DNA from: Anolis carolinensis
Lineage: Eukaryota
NCBI RefSeq assembly: GCF_035594765.1
Contig: NC_085845.1
Location: 171,942,897-172,006,896 of the forward strand
Length of the DNA stretch: 64,000 nucleotides
Direction: 5' to 3'
Shown here: positions 1 to 14,510 of the stretch, in pieces
Layout of the letters: each line of letters begins with the position of its first letter
Position numbering within the stretch: position 1 is the first letter of the stretch
Notes under the pieces: model-generated
Databases searched by the model: none
Seen by the model: the letters and a program-made list of their open reading frames with translations, nothing else
Told to the model about the DNA's origin: nothing
Made by a program: the position numbers and the translations under genes

Positions 1-682
1 AAACACTTCTTTATTAACCTCTAAGTTCTCTATTGCAACTCTATGAAATCACGCTGGAGGATCCACAGATGCCTAAAGAAGTATTCTCTCTAGGAATTTG
101 TAGGTTCTCCAGCACTTCTGGCAGGTTGAGCATAAAGTTCCATTGGAAGATCTAGAGTTTCCTGGAGAGAATGTATTAATCAAATCTATAAATAATTACA
201 TCTGCAAAAGTCAAACCTACAAATATGGAGGGCCAACTGTACATATCAACTGTATGCAATGTACAATGTGATTTTACATTCCATTCCATTATTATGTATG
301 TTATTTATATGCTGCAATTTAATCCTTGGTCTAGCTTCAGGAAGAAGGCCTTCAAATATCCTTAGTATCAGGCTTCAATATCTTGAGATGCATATCCTTT
401 ATTCTATCATTTTAGCAGATGCCTTCAGGGTTTTGACTTTCTGTCATCTACTATCAAAGTCCCCCACCCCTCCGGTAATCCAGACAGTGTAATCCAATGT
501 GATGGCTTTCTAGTGGAAGAACCCGCAACAGGTGACCTGGATTGCCTGCAGTGTTGGAATTTATTATAAACTATAAATGCTTTGTATTTATGTTTACAGT
601 ATGTAGTTCTGAATATCCTGGTAAGCAGAGCAGTGATAAATACTTAAATAAAATAAAAATAAACAGTGATTGCCTTACTTAC

Positions 683-828
683 CCAGGTAAAGATGGAAAA
701 AAAAGAGAATGCAATGGCTGCTCGAGCTGCATCTGCTCCTTCGTTCATTGGGTTGTCTTCTCTCTTTGAAACACGCCACTGATCAGCCAGGAAACAAAAA
801 CTGACAAACCAGAGAAATGCCCAGAAGC
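683..828 (-). CDS. SYNGR1: Synaptogyrin-1 coding exon 3 (146 nt; gene continues beyond the left edge of the window)
   Basis: Translates (G)FWAFLWFVSFCFLADQWRVSKREDNPMNEGADAARAAIAFSFFSIFTW, a synaptogyrin MARVEL segment. AG acceptor at 830-829, GT donor at 682-681, phase compatible with exon 2. Confidence 0.96.
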
Positions 829-1699
829 CTGAGAGAGATAAGCATGAAAACAAAAGAAGGTAGGTGAGGAGAAGGGAGAATTAAGCACATATACATTTTA
901 TTTGTAATATTTCTTCAATGACTTATGGTCTAATGGATCTTCTACCTTACTGGATTTTGCAGGCAGGAACAAACTCAATTTGTGGAGCCTCACTGCAAGG
1001 GCAAATGTGGTGGAACTGCAGATGAAAGTCAAGCATAATATTCCTAACCATATTTCTCTATAATGTTAAAACTGGAGAGAATTGGTGAACAGGAAGGGAC
1101 TTCTGCCATCTATCAGATCTCATTGGCAAGTATTGTTCCCCAGTTAGGTTCAAGATCAGAAGCTATCCCAGTCGTAGGAAATGACAATCCAGAGCAGGAT
1201 TCTAATTCCTTGTCATCCCCCTTCACCTCTTTATTAACACACTGATTCATTCATATTTATATCCTGCCCTTCTTTCTTTATGACATTCAAAGCAATAAAG
1301 TGTTCTCAAGCCAAGCAGTACTCAAACCCAGCCTTGTTCCAATTCAGCAATATTATTCAATTATATATCCTCACATCATACCCTGCGGCTTTTGCAGGGG
1401 AGACTCAATGGATGTGGGATGTTTTATTTGTCTCCACTTCCACCAACTCTGCTCCAAATGCAGGTTTGGAAATATGAGGTTCTCCCCTAAATAAAAGACA
1501 AAAGCTTACTGTGGAACAGCAAGGGAAGACAGTTTCCACAGTCTTGGGCTCACTGCATAATTCAGAACTGGTATATCAATTACACAACTGACATCTTATT
1601 GAGCCTCACCACAGTACTGTCACTTTTTCATTTATTCTTGAAACATAGGCTCTCTGCAGAACTAAACTGTACATTGAAACAGTGTTAGATAGAGAGACA

Positions 1700-2310
1700 G
1701 CTGAAGAACAAGAAGAGACCTCATGATCCTTCCAGTCCAACCCCCTGCCAAGAAGCAGGAAAATCACATTCAAAGCACTCCCAACAGATATACAGACTTT
1801 CTGTATATATTTCAGATTTTAATATTAATGTCAAAAACATGTAGTAAGCATAGGGTTTGTGTTACAATAGAACAGTAAAGACAAAGCCTCCAAAGAAGGA
1901 GTCTCCACCAGTGCTGAACAGCTCTCACAGTGAGGAAGTTCTTCCTGATGTTCAGGTGGAATCTCCTTTCCTGTAGTTTGAAACTTTTGTTCCGCATCCT
2001 AGTCTTCAGGGTAGCAGAACACAAGCTCGCTTCCTCCTCCCTATGACTTCCCCTCACATATTTATACATGGCTATCATGTCTCCTCTCAGCTTTCTCTTC
2101 TGCAGGCTAAACATGTCCAGCTTTTTAAGTCGCTCCTTATAGGGCTTGTTCTCCAGACCCTTGATTCTTTTAGTTGCCTTCCTCTGGACACCTTCCAGCT
2201 TGTCAAAATCTTTCTTAAATTGGGTGCCCAGAATTGGACACAGCATTCCAGGTGTGGTCTGACCAAGGCAGAATAGAGGGGGAGCATGACTTCCTTGGAT
2301 CTAGACACTA
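1700..2310 (-). mobile_element. CR1 LINE 3' fragment
   Basis: Overlapping minus-strand ORFs give CR1 ORF2 C-terminal motifs (LYSALVRPHLECCVQFWAP; KLEGVQRKATK; LRGDMIAMYKY; RKNFLTVRAV). Boundaries approximate. Confidence 0.9.
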
Positions 2311-2765
2311 TGGAAATGTTGTGAATGACACAATTCCATCCCCATTGTTGATATGTGATTCACCTACACCAGTCCAATTAATCTATGAACATGAAATAAG
2401 GAAAGGAAATACCTTAGGCATCAAAATATCTTTGACCACCTGGGGAGTTTTACATGGACTGCAAATGAAAAGGACAATAACACTCTATATCCTATATCCT
2501 TTTCCAGAATCTTTCATCGAAATATATAAGGATGTTTTGAATATATCTTGGAAAGTTGGCAATGTGAAAGGATATTTTAACATATGTGGTGGATGTGCAA
2601 AAAAGTGAAAAAAATATCAAGTTAAAATACAAGCCCTGATTCCAAGATTTTCTAAAGTTATTATTCTAATGACATTCACTTCAGTACATGACAAGTGCTG
2701 CAAGATTGTTATATGCACTGAAGTCAAAGAATGTAGAAATACCAACAAAGGTTGTTGAAACTTAC

Positions 2766-2862
2766 AGCCTCTGAGGATGCCTGACATAGATGTGGGCAAA
2801 ACATCAGGAGAGAATACTTCTGGAACATGGCCATACAGCCCGGAAAACTCACAGCAATTCAG
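2766..2862 (+). mobile_element. Penelope-like element terminal fragment (decayed hammerhead motif)
   Basis: Matches the repeat that at 51916-52377 follows a GIY-YIG C-terminal coding stretch. CTGAGGA is kept but GAAA has become AAAA. Confidence 0.75.
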
Positions 2863-4225
2863 TTGTTAAAACCGATGGACTTGTCTGAGATGGATAAATT
2901 AACTTGTTTGATTTAGGGAGACACAACTGATTCTTTTTTAAAGGACTATGAGCCTTTTAAAGACTTTTGGCATAAAAAGAGCATGCGCTGATAATAATTT
3001 GGTTTGACAATAAGTAGAATTTGAATTTTGGGAGAAATGTAAGAAGTAGAAGTATCAAGGGAAAGGCTGAATAGCATATAAGTTTATAGCTGCCAAGAAA
3101 AATGCTGGATGTCATTTTATGTTGTTGTTGTTTGTAGTGAGTTTTTAATGTATTTTCTTTCCTGTGTGGTATGTTTCTTATTTAGTTACTATTGAATAAA
3201 ATTAATAACAAAAACAAAAGACCTGTGTGGGAAGGAATAATACGTTTTGAGTGACAGCAGTTCAAAAGAGCGATGGCTGGTTGGTTATCTTATGTTCACT
3301 CTTCCCACTCTACTCCAACTCAGTAAACAGGATTTGCAGGTTACCTTTTGTTTTGAAATCCTGCAAAACTAGTTACACCACCAGGACAAAAGAAATGTGT
3401 GGGTACACTGCAAGAAACAAAAACTCTCTCCAGCTAATTTCAATTTTTTTAAAACTTGGTTTTCTGATTCCAACCTAATAAGCGGCCAATGAGCAAATGA
3501 GCAATGCCATTATCACACATACATAAGAAAGCACTTCAGATAATAATTTTAGAACAATAGGCATGTAAGCCTAACAGCACTTACAAAAATAACCTTTAGC
3601 AATCTAAACATTGAATGTGTTAATACAGGCTGCAGTTCCTGAAAGCTTTTGCCAAAGAAATACTTATTGTTTAAGATGCCATAAGATGCAATGCCATTTT
3701 GATGCAATACACTAGTATAGCTAATTCTCTGTCCAGAAACTACATTGTGCCGTGCACTTCATAGACCAAGGTCTATTAGATTGGCTGCATGACATATATG
3801 TCAGAAATAGTATAAACATAGGATATTGAGAAAGATTGAAATCAGGTTTTTCACCTATTTGCATTGCATTTAGACTACAGTAACAATTACTAATATTCAG
3901 TATTCATATAGTTCTTGAAGATGCTTTCTTTCCTCCACCTGAACAATCCTTACAAGAGATGTTGTGAACCCCATCTAAGCCGGCGAATATGGTTGGATAA
4001 CTTTCACTTGTTCAAGCACAAATGAAAGAAACTTCATGACCAATTATGGCTGTAATTTTATTTTTTTGCAAAGAAAGAGACAATCAGATATAACAAGACT
4101 GTTGTTGTGCCGCCTAATAGCCGTTGAATTCAGAGACAGTGGTTTAAACATAAAATAAATCTAGATGATGATAAAAGTAGCTGCTAGAAGACCAGGTTGG
4201 CTTTTTGATGGGGGAAAGGAGAACA

Positions 4226-4560
4226 TTTTATTTATTTATTTCGTGTCAAAAGCATTGTACAATAAATACATTTCAAAATGATGGGGGGGGGGGGGGAGGA
4301 AATCACAAGCAACTAAGTAGTTTTGGACCAAAAGCGGGCAACAGCAACCGCATTGTCCGTAGCTTTAAACAACTCCTCCTCTGTACATGAGGCAGGGCAT
4401 TGTGGGCAAGCATACATGTGCAGAGTTGTTTGTTCAGCTCCACAGTCACACAAGGTGGAGGATTCCTCCAGGTAGTGCCACCTTGCCAAGTTGTCTTTAG
4501 ATCTGCCCACTCCGCTTCTGAGTCTGTTCAGGGACTTCCAAGTTGCCCAGTTAGGGCATG
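4226..4560 (-). mobile_element. Vingi/Ingi-type LINE 3' end
   Basis: ORF WKSLNRLRSGVGR...CDCGAEQTTLHMYACP (C-terminal zinc-knuckle-like motif of Ingi/Vingi), followed on the minus strand by TTTTGACACG and an (AAAT)n tail. Confidence 0.75.
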
Positions 4561-5660
4561 AGAACATGAAAAAGAGATATACAGAGAATTGGTGGAAGAA
4601 AATACTAGTTAATTGTTCACTTGGTTTTTTGAGATGAACTTCCCAATTTCTGCTCCAGGAGGATTTAAATGGAGATAGTCTCTTCTATAGCTAGAATATG
4701 ATATCCTCTGCATTCATTGCTGCCTAACTCCTAAGATTTTCTGCTACTCTATGTAGGATCCTTAAAGTAAATTACTAACAAATAAAACACACATAAAAGC
4801 AAATGCATAGGTGTGTTGTAATTATGCACTATGCACACATAATATTTATAATTGCATATTATTGTGCAGCTTTGCTACTGCTGAAAAAAGATCATACATA
4901 TATCCATGCAGCGACTTAGTGAGCTGATGACATTGTCGATGGCTGAGGAGTACAAAAATAGCTCTGGGGACAACATATAGCCTCAGAGCCGTGCTTTCCC
5001 CACATCTAATCTAAAATCTGCTTCCACTTTTGCTGTCTGCACACCTTCACACTTCTTCATATACTATTTTTTCCTGTAGTTTGGCTATTTACACCACAGA
5101 GTTTGATAAAATTCAGGAAAACTATCCCCGTGTAGCTTTTAAACTTAATTACAAAACCAAGAAGAGAAAAATGAACAAACACTGAGCCGACATCCCTCTC
5201 ATGCTGTTCTGGCTCATGCTGACGTCAACAGCTGCAGCAGAGTCAAGGTTAGAATTTACATTTTCCATGCTATTCGAATCAGGTTCACAGAAAGGAAAAG
5301 TTTTAAGAATGGATGGATGATTTACTTTAAGCCTTAAGAAAACACCCTGCAGTTTAATGAAAGTACAAATAGGCAATCTGACATACTTGTGAAATCAACT
5401 GACAAGCATTTTTAATTCATGTTTATGTAGGGCCCTACTTAGGAAAAATTAAAAATGCTTTTCAGTTAATTTCACAGCTAGATTGACAACTCAAATGTCT
5501 CCTTGAAATAAGTCTTACATCTAAAAATGTAATATAATACATATCATTAAGAGAAAGATTTAAGAACTGCCATAAAGCCTTTGGATTCTTATAAAAATAT
5601 GTTCCTGTACCCACTGGGTTCTTACTCAATGATGTATATTGGGCCTTCCTTTTCACAATC

Positions 5661-5904
5661 TTTTTTTGTGTGTCAGGAGCAACTTGAGAAACTGCAAATC
5701 GATTCTAGTGAGAGAATTGGACATCTGCAAGGACACTGCCCAGGGGACGCCCAGATGTTTGATGTTTTACCATCCTTGTGGGAGGCTTCTCTAATGTCCT
5801 CACATGGGGAGCTGGAGCTGACAGAGGGAGCTCACCCACTCTCCCCGGATTCAAGCCGCTGAACTGTTGGTCAGCAGTCCTGCTGGCACAAGGGTTTAAC
5901 CCAT
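5661..5904 (-). mobile_element. tRNA-derived SINE (Anolis SINE2-like)
   Basis: Homologous to copies at 21756, 24605 and 31345; ends CTCCTGACAC plus an A-rich tail. Confidence 0.85.
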
Positions 5905-7219
5905 TTAACCATGAGAATGCTGTATGTGTAACTGGTCCCCTTTTAGCCTTCCCTTCATTAAGCATAAGAGTATTTCTTATTATGTTTTTAAATTCTGAAG
6001 CTATGAAGCTCCAACTCAACATTTGCTTCAAAAGCTGTAGATAACAATGCACACATGTGAGAATCAAAAGAAAAGAGTTTTTAAAGTGCAGTATATGCCT
6101 TGATTTTGAATTTATATTTCATTCCTACAAACACAGAGATATACATGTGGTTGTTGATGCCTTCAAGTCCTTTGTGTCATATGGCAACCCTAAGGCAAAT
6201 CTCTCATGGGTCTTTTTGGACAAGAATTCTTCAGAGTAAGATTGCCATTGCCTTCCTCTAAGGCTGAGACAGTATGACTTACCCAAGGTCACGCAAATGT
6301 TTCCATGGCCAAGGGGAGATTCAAACACTGATTTCCCAGAGTCTTGGTCCACTATACCTGGCTGCCTGTGCGTATATCAGTGTATCCTATAACACCCATA
6401 CACATATCATTTGTGTATGTGGATGTTATGATAAGTGATTTACTCACCCAACATCTGTCCCATTACAATAGACAAGAAAAAAGGAGGAATCAAACGCAGG
6501 AGCAGCATGAGGACCAAAAAATAAGCCTGATTGGTTGGAAAACCATGCTTAAAGGAATGAGGAATGTCTCTGTTCCAATCCCTATCTGGTCACGAAGATC
6601 ATTGATGCCTTATTTCCTGAACAGGACAATTGAAGTGAAGCTTGGAGAAAAGTATGTAAACAAGAAGCTTTGAACATATGGATAAGAGTGGGGGAGAAAG
6701 AGAGAACGAGAAAGAGAAGGAAGAAAGAAGGAAGTGATGCATGTAATAAACAATGTTGGTATGAGCACACTGATTTTCCTCATGACTCCACAACCCTGCA
6801 GCTGAAAATATCCAGTGCACAGAGGCTGTTCTTAAGACTAGCAGCATTTTTCAGTTCCACTCCAAAGCTCTTGGCTGCAGCCCTTATAGGATCTTCCCTA
6901 CACAACGAGCAAACTGCCTTAATGGCCTTAGGCTGACTGCAGCCTTTGTGTTCCTCTCACTCCACTTTCATTTTAATTTGGTTCTTCCCATTTAGAAGGA
7001 GCAGGAAATAACTGCGGTCTTGCTATGAGTTTCAGAAAGTGAGTTACGTCCCCAAACCTCTCAAAAAGGCTTGGATGTGATATATGTATGGTATATCTGG
7101 ATGTGGAAAGTGGCCTTTTATTTACTTATTTACATCATTTTTACCCTGCCCTTCTCACCCGGAGGGACTCAGGGCAGCTTACTTACAGGGCAGCTTTAAA
7201 AGTAATAGGCATTTAATTT

Positions 7220-8310
7220 TTATTTATTTATTTTGTGTCAAAAGCATTGCATACCGTGTTTCCCTGAAAATAAGACAGTGTCATATTAATTTTTGCTCCC
7301 AAAGATGCTCTAGGTCTTATTTTCAGGGGATGTCTTATTTTTCCATAAAGAAGAATTCACATTTATTGTTGAACAAAAAAATGAACATTTATTATATACT
7401 GTACAGTAGTTGTCATCACAAACCAGCATAACCAGACAAACTGTGAATCCTATCAAGAATTTCTTGTTACTACCATTATTTCCATGTACAATACTCTATG
7501 GTAGGTATATTTACCGATCCTGCATGCTCTGGTGTTCTGTTTGTTGGGCATGCTTCGAAACAAAAACTTTGCTAGGTCTTACTTTCGGGGGAGGCTTTAT
7601 ATTTAGCAATTCAGCAAAACCTCTACTAGGTCCTCTGGGGATGTCTTATTTTAGGGGGAACAGGGTAGATAGATAAGTTTAAGACTGATAAAATAAACAG
7701 CTCACAAACTTCTAAATAGTTTTAGACCCAAAACGGGAAACAGCGACTGCATTTTCTTTCTGTAGCTTTAAACGGTTCTTCCTCTGTGAATGAGGCAGGA
7801 CATTGTGGGCAAGCATAGAGATGTTAAGTTGTTTGTTCTGTTCCACAGTCGCAAAAAGTGAAGAATTCTTCTACCGTAGGTGGTGCCATTTTACCAGGCT
7901 GTCTTTTGATCTGCCAACTCCTCTTCTGAGTCTGTTCATGGACTTCCAAGTTGCCCATTCTTGGTTTGCCCCTAAAGGAAGATCCTCGTGGGGGGCCATC
8001 CAGTTGGAATGCCTGATTTCGCTGCCCACAGGGATATTCTTGCTGTTGCTGGAGGAAGATTTAGAGGAGTGCTGGTTCTCATAAAACTTTTCCTTGATTT
8101 AAGTCTTCAGGTAGGAGGCTGATAGCCAAACAGTGGGTGGCATTCACAGTGTTCAATCTTATTTCTCTCACATTTGGCAGCAACTTCCTATCGCACATCG
8201 GGGGGGGGGGGGGGGGGATGCCAGCTAACTAACAGAGTATATCAACAGGTGTAGGTTTAAGACATCCTGTAATTATTCTACATGTCTCATTCAGTGCATG
8301 GACACGGGAC
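7220..8310 (-). mobile_element. Vingi-type LINE 3' fragment interrupted by a DNA transposon
   Basis: 7220-7251 and 7668 onward are collinear with the 4226-4560 copy. Right boundary approximate. Confidence 0.7.
7254..7665. mobile_element. Non-autonomous Tc1/mariner (pogo/Tigger-like) element
   Basis: Imperfect TIRs CCGTGTTTCCCTGAAAATAAGAC / GTCTTATTTTAGGGGGAACAGGG with TA on both sides (7252-7253, 7666-7667). Confidence 0.8.
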
Positions 8311-10847
8311 ACGGAAGACCCTCCTCGAAGACTGAGTCAATACAGTTGGGTGTCCCCTGAGCAACGTTTCTTGTAAATGGCCAATCTTTCCAACCCAAAA
8401 GCATTGCTTTATAGGAATTCCATGTCTTTGACACTGGCTTAAGGTCAATGCCCGTTTTGATAGAAAAAGTTAATAATTCATTATTACCGAAAGTCTAGTC
8501 CTTCAATCCACTTCACTGCATCTTTATACATCAAGGATTTGTAAAACTTCTGTTCTCATTTTCATGCTTCAAAATCTTTCTGGTTATTTTTATTCATTAA
8601 GGAAATGAAACAAATATTTAATTGTTCTGCAAACTGCTTACAGTTTGTGTTCTTTTCAGCAAATGGATCTCAATATGTAGATACAATAAACTGTACCAGT
8701 TTGGCATTGAATTTACCAGCTCTGACCCAAAAGAATGCTTCCTCTTGTGCATTTCGCCCTCTGGTTAATTTTTGAAGACTGACATTGCGAAGTCTAATAA
8801 TTAAATTATGCCCTGAAAGATGAATCTACGTAAAGGATAATAAGCAGAAAGGAAATGTCCTAAAACTCCGGAATCAGTAATTTATTTCCACAATAATGCA
8901 AATGACATGCAATCAGATTAGAAAGGACAGAAACCATACTATCCTCTGCAGCACTAGAACAATGTGCTGTTTCAGAAGAAAAGAAAAAACATGGTTATGT
9001 GCTCAGGCTTTTAATGAATAATGGCAAAGATGACACAGACTGTCTTATGGCTAAAGCACGAGGTTTTTGTGGACGAATGGATCTGACTATTTGTTTTAAA
9101 ATTATTTTAAATTTTTTATATTGTATCTAATAGTTTTAATTGATTTTATGTACTGAGTAATTTTGATCCTGTGTAGGCATCGAATTACTGCCATTGTTGT
9201 AAGCCGCCCTGAGTCCCTTCGGGTGAGAAGGGCGGGATATAAATGCTGGAAATAAAAAAATACATAAAATAAGAGAATTCATTTTTTTCCTTTAAGAATT
9301 ACCGTACTTATTAATTCTTTCCCATATAAAGATGATCAAGCTGGAATCATGCTGCAAGTTAATTCTGTCTCTCAGCAAAGTAATACACTGTAACTGTAGA
9401 AATACAATTATTTCTTTTCTTCTCCTCCTAAATTTTCCCAAAAACATATTTAATTATAGAGAAACTGGGGAACAGGCAGAGGATGGCACCTAGATAACTA
9501 TAAGGCCCTCATCAATTTGCATGTAACAAATAGTTGAGCAGTCTTGCTTGGAAGATAGCAAACTACCAAGCCTAACATTTTGTAATTATGATCAATATGG
9601 ATGTTTTAGATCCTTGGCCTTGAATATAGGAAAAGCTAATGGAGAAGGTAAGTGGGTTTTGTCAAGATAGTTCAGTTCAGGAATGAACCCATGGCCTTTG
9701 TAGACTAGTCAGAGAAATGTTAACTGTTCAAGAAATGACAACACTAGAAGTTGTCTTATACTGAGTTCAAATACTAGTCCCTCCAAACCAGTACTGAGTC
9801 TCTGATAGAAGTTTGACAGCAGAAATCATAATATAAGAAGTCAGAATGGATCAGAACAAATGCCACTCTAGAAGTATCCACTCTGCAGAATTACAGCACT
9901 GATACCAACTTAATTGCCATGGCTGCATCCTACCCAGAATTCTTTGCCAAAGAGCTTGAATGTAGATGTTTATGAGCTCTCTAGCAGAGAATCCTAAGCA
10001 CCCAACTGAACTACAGATGCCAGGATTCCCTGCATTGAGGCCATAGCAGTTAAAGTGGTATGGCACTTCCAGACCTGTGCACTATGCACAAACCCCTGTT
10101 CAGGATGCTATTCAGACAGTGGCCAATTTTGTGGCACACAAAATGAGTGCAACAATACCATGTCTTATCTCCTGACAATTCAATACATAGGACCCAAATG
10201 TCTCTCATACAGGATGTGGCACATAACTATATTTACTACAAACCATTAACAGCCTAACCTAATTTTGCCTAATCCTCTTTTTGAAGGTATGCAAGTTGGC
10301 CATCATCACTATATCTTGTGGCAGTGAATTTATTCATTTAACTATGTTCATTGGTGGGCTGAAATAGTTCAATCCTTCTGTCCTGAATCTCTAAGACAGT
10401 CAGAATCTCTATCCTGAATCCTTTCAGCTTGAATTGGAAGGGACTAGAGCAAGGAATTTCTATGCACAAAACAGGTTTTCTACTTCTGACTTAATGCTCT
10501 GTCTCTTTCCCAAAAATATAAGAATGGGAAAAGCAGGAAGAAATATCAATAATAAAAGTGGCAAGATAAATTAAAATGCCGGAATAAAAGAAATCCATAT
10601 AAAAAATGAGGAAGGTAGCGAAGAGAAGAGGAAATAAAGAGGTGAATTTCTTACTACAATGGCTTTTCACTGCTTTGTGAAATAAGACCTTTGTGCATCT
10701 TTATATCACAATCCCTTGCATCGTTACGACAAATCCCATTCTGTACAAAGGGCTTTATTCCTAGAAGTGTGTGTATGAAACTGCAGCCTTGTAACATATA
10801 ACATCTCTACAGAAAACCACGTAGTGCTGATATAGTGAAAAGCTCAC

Positions 10848-11085
10848 CAGATACACCAATATCAGAGAGTACGGCTTTCTTACGATCCTTGACACTGCTG
10901 ATCTGTGGAAAGTAGACATCTAATGCCAGGTAAAGAAGGCAGCTGAGGAAGGCAAGGACTCCCACGGTGATGCCATAGTTGCAGGCATTCTGGTTGCGGT
11001 TGTAGATGCAGTATTCTTCCATTTCGTTTGGCTTGTTGATGTAGCCTTCATTCACAATGGAGCCAAATACAACAATGGAGAAAAG
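10848..11085 (-). CDS. SYNGR1: Synaptogyrin-1 coding exon 2 (238 nt)
   Basis: LFSIVVFGSIVNEGYINKPNEMEEYCIYNRNQNACNYGITVGVLAFLSCLLYLALDVYFPQISSVKDRKKAVLSDIGVS. CAG acceptor with AG at 11087-11086; GTGAG donor at 10847. Confidence 0.97.
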
Positions 11086-11614
11086 CTGGAGAGAGGGAGG
11101 TGAGATAAGTGTTAAGAGGATTCCTTCTGCAAACATGTAATCTATACCTAGGGTGCAATTCTGCTGGTGATAAGCACTTTTAAATCCCATTCATTTCAAT
11201 GGAAGGGAACTAAGCACATGCATAACTAACACTTAAATGTGCATGAGTGCAGACAAATTGTACCCCAGGTGTTTTAATACGACATTCTGCACGTGGCTGC
11301 CATTTGCTTTCCATCTCAGCTGACAATTACTCTGGTTGAAATATGTTTGAATACAAGAGCAGTGCCATTTCCAGTCACCTAGCTCTAGTCATGTATATCA
11401 CTATAATTCAACCACCCACTCTATCTGCCACCTAACAACCCTCCACAATTTATTTTCCCATCTGTCAACTCAGTATTCTGCCATTGTCTATCCAAATATT
11501 ACAACTACAGACCTTCAACACTGATTCATTCATTTCCTGTTTTTTATGTTTCATTATCCATTCATCAAGCATTCTTTTCTTCTAATGCCTTTCATTCCTT
11601 TGTGGTTTTGCCAA

Positions 11615-11615
11615 T

Positions 11616-11652
<37 letters not shown>
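11615..11652. repeat. (AAC)n microsatellite at the tail of an L2-like 3' end
   Basis: Tandem AAC run seen directly. Confidence 0.9.
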
Positions 11653-11653
<1 letters not shown>

Positions 11654-14189
11654 ATTTGTTTATACCCCGCCACCATCTCCCAGAGGGACCCAGGACGGCT
11701 TACAAAGTACTCAAAGGTGCAAAATACAAAATAAAAAAATGCAGAAACAATAACATAAAACAATAACAGCCAACATAAATATCCCACTTCATAAAATCCC
11801 TTGGTTAAAGTCAATAAAATAGAGCAATCTCTGCAGATATAAAACAACAATAGTCAATCTAGTGATTTAGAGTGCTTGGTGACATCTATGGGTCTTCACA
11901 TATTTATTAAAGGCATCTAAATATGGTCGAAGGCTTGTCGAAACAACCATGTCTTCAGTTGTGTGCAGAGTGGGGCCATCCTGATCTCCCATCATCCATC
12001 TAGCTGTATGACAACTCTACTATTAAGACACAACCAAGTAAAACGATTTTGAATCTGAATTCTCAAATGTGCTCCTTTTGAAAAGGTGCTGTGGATACCT
12101 GTAGCCACTCCAAGATGCTTCCTCTGTCCTCTTCTCTGACATAGTATAGGTTAAGCATCCTTTATACAAAATTCCAAAATCTGAAATACTCCGAAATCCG
12201 AAATTGTTCACATGGGTGACTCAAATTGTAATACTTTTGTTGCTGATTTTTTCAATATACGCAAACTTTTGTGTTATAGACAACATATTTAAAATATTGC
12301 AAAAATATCTTCCTGTTATGTGTACAATATATATATAAAACATAAATGATTTCTGTATTTAAAATGGGACCTCATGTCCAAGATCTCTCATTATGTATGC
12401 ATATGGAAAGAATGGTATTCCAAAATCTAAAACACTTCTGGCTTCAAACATTTTAGATAGGAACACTCAACTCAATTAAATTAATTGACAATATGAGTGT
12501 GTTTGTATATTAAAATGCCTACTAAAAAGAACATAGTTTCCCACCATTCACACAACAGCTGAATTAACACACAGTCCTATGAAATACCATCAGTAATGAT
12601 TATTTATTACTCCAGCAAAAGCTGTTATCAATGGTTCACTTCTGGAATCTGCTCCAGCATTGATCTAAATTACAACACATAATCATGGATCACCTTATCA
12701 TCCTGTCTCGAAATTTCAGAGGCAAATTAGCAGGAAGCCCCTAAAACAACCACAACTACATTCAATTTCCAATCTTAATTTTAGATTAAGACTCACCAAA
12801 ATAACGCAACAGAAATTCCAAGTGAAATGAACCCAGAGTGGCAAAATATGTTAACAAAATCATCAAGCATTTACTATCCATTACCAGAACTTCACAATCT
12901 ACCATCCAAAGTAGACTGCTTCAATCTATTTGACAGCAGGACAGCAAGACCAAACAGAATACTGTAGTACAAGTTTAGATCTGAAACACCTGCAGGAAAG
13001 CAACATGGGGGTCACTAGAAATTATCTAGATTTAGTGGTTCCCAATCTTTGATCCTTCAAACGTTTTGGATTTCAGTTCCAGAACCTCTGAATACTGGTC
13101 AAGCTGGCACAGGTTTTTGTGAGTTGCAAGTTGAAAACTAACAGAGTACCAACAGTTGAGAACTAGTGAACTAGACCACTGCTTCTTAAACCAACCCCCA
13201 ATGGGGTCCCCTTAGCTCACAAAAATTGGCAACAGTAAAAGGTTTCTGAATCCCACCTATTTACACAAATATGTTAGCAACAATGTGCAGTGTTTACAGT
13301 GGGCTCTGAAGAAAATGCTTCACAAATAGGAAAATCAGCCTGTTTAGCAAGTGTTGTACATGCCGATTTACAGTATTATCAATAAATGTTTGATATTTTG
13401 GTACCGAACCTACAAACCTATGGTTGTGTAAAAATTTCTCAGGAAGAAAGGGGTGGAAAAAAACTGATCTAGAGCACATGTAGATGCTTATTTCTATGGT
13501 GGTACGGCACCCCTGGGACCTTGCTCATGTACATTTTCCATCTCCAGTTGTCTCTTCTCTCCATACACACAGGTCAAGCCAGGCTCTGACCAGAAGCCAG
13601 AATTAGAAGAGTTAAAGGGGACATTCAGAAAGTAGTAGTTAATGGAATGATCTGCCTAGTGTTTCCTACTTGGGTAATTACTTAGAAGATTTTGACAAAG
13701 TTTAGTTATCACCTTTTTCCTGTCTCTCCCCCCTTTCAGCCTAGCAGAGTCTACCTGAAGGAGAAGGAAGGAGAAGGCCTTCCACTTTCCCTTCGAATGA
13801 ATATATTATAAGAAGTGAAAGGGCTGAAGAAGAGATGTCTAACAGTGTAACATGGGGCGGCAGCAGAAGAGAAAAACAGGTGGGTTCAAAGTTCTGTTCT
13901 GCAGACAGAGGAATCAAGAGAATGAGAGTCCTGGTGTCCTTTCACACTACAGAATTATAATGCTATGATTCCACTTTACCTACCATGGGTGCATCACAAA
14001 GAATCCTGGATTAGCAGTTCAGGAAAGGACTGCAGTGCCTTGTCAAACTGCACATCCCAAGATGAAGCCATGACAGTTAAGATGGAACCAGAGCGCTATA
14101 ACTGTGTAGTGTGAAAGGGACCCTGCTTTGGGAAAGGGATTACAGTAATGTAAGTTTGCCTTAGAATATTATTTCCTCTTTAGCTTCTA

Positions 14190-14510
14190 CAGTAGAGTCT
14201 CACTTATCCAACACTCGCTTATCCAACATTCTGGATTATCCAACGCATTTTTGTAGTCAATGTTTTCAATAAATCATGATATTTTGGTGCTAAATTCGTA
14301 AATACAGTAATTACTACCTAACATTACTGCGTATTGAACTACTTTTTCTGTCAAATTTATTGTATAACATGATGTTTTGGTGCTGAATTTGTAAAATCAT
14401 AATCTAATTTGATGTTTAATAGGCTTTTCCTTAATGCCTCCTTATTATCCAACATATTCGCTTATCCAACGTTCTGCCGGCCCGTTTATGTTGGATAAGT
14501 GAGACTACTG
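14190..14510. mobile_element. Tc1/mariner-type MITE (CAGTAGAGTCTCAC TIR family)
   Basis: TIRs CAGTAGAGTCTCACTTATCCAAC / GTTGGATAAGTGAGACTACTG with TA TSD. Near-identical copies at 34800, 50312 and 62528, in opposite orientation to this one. Confidence 0.9.
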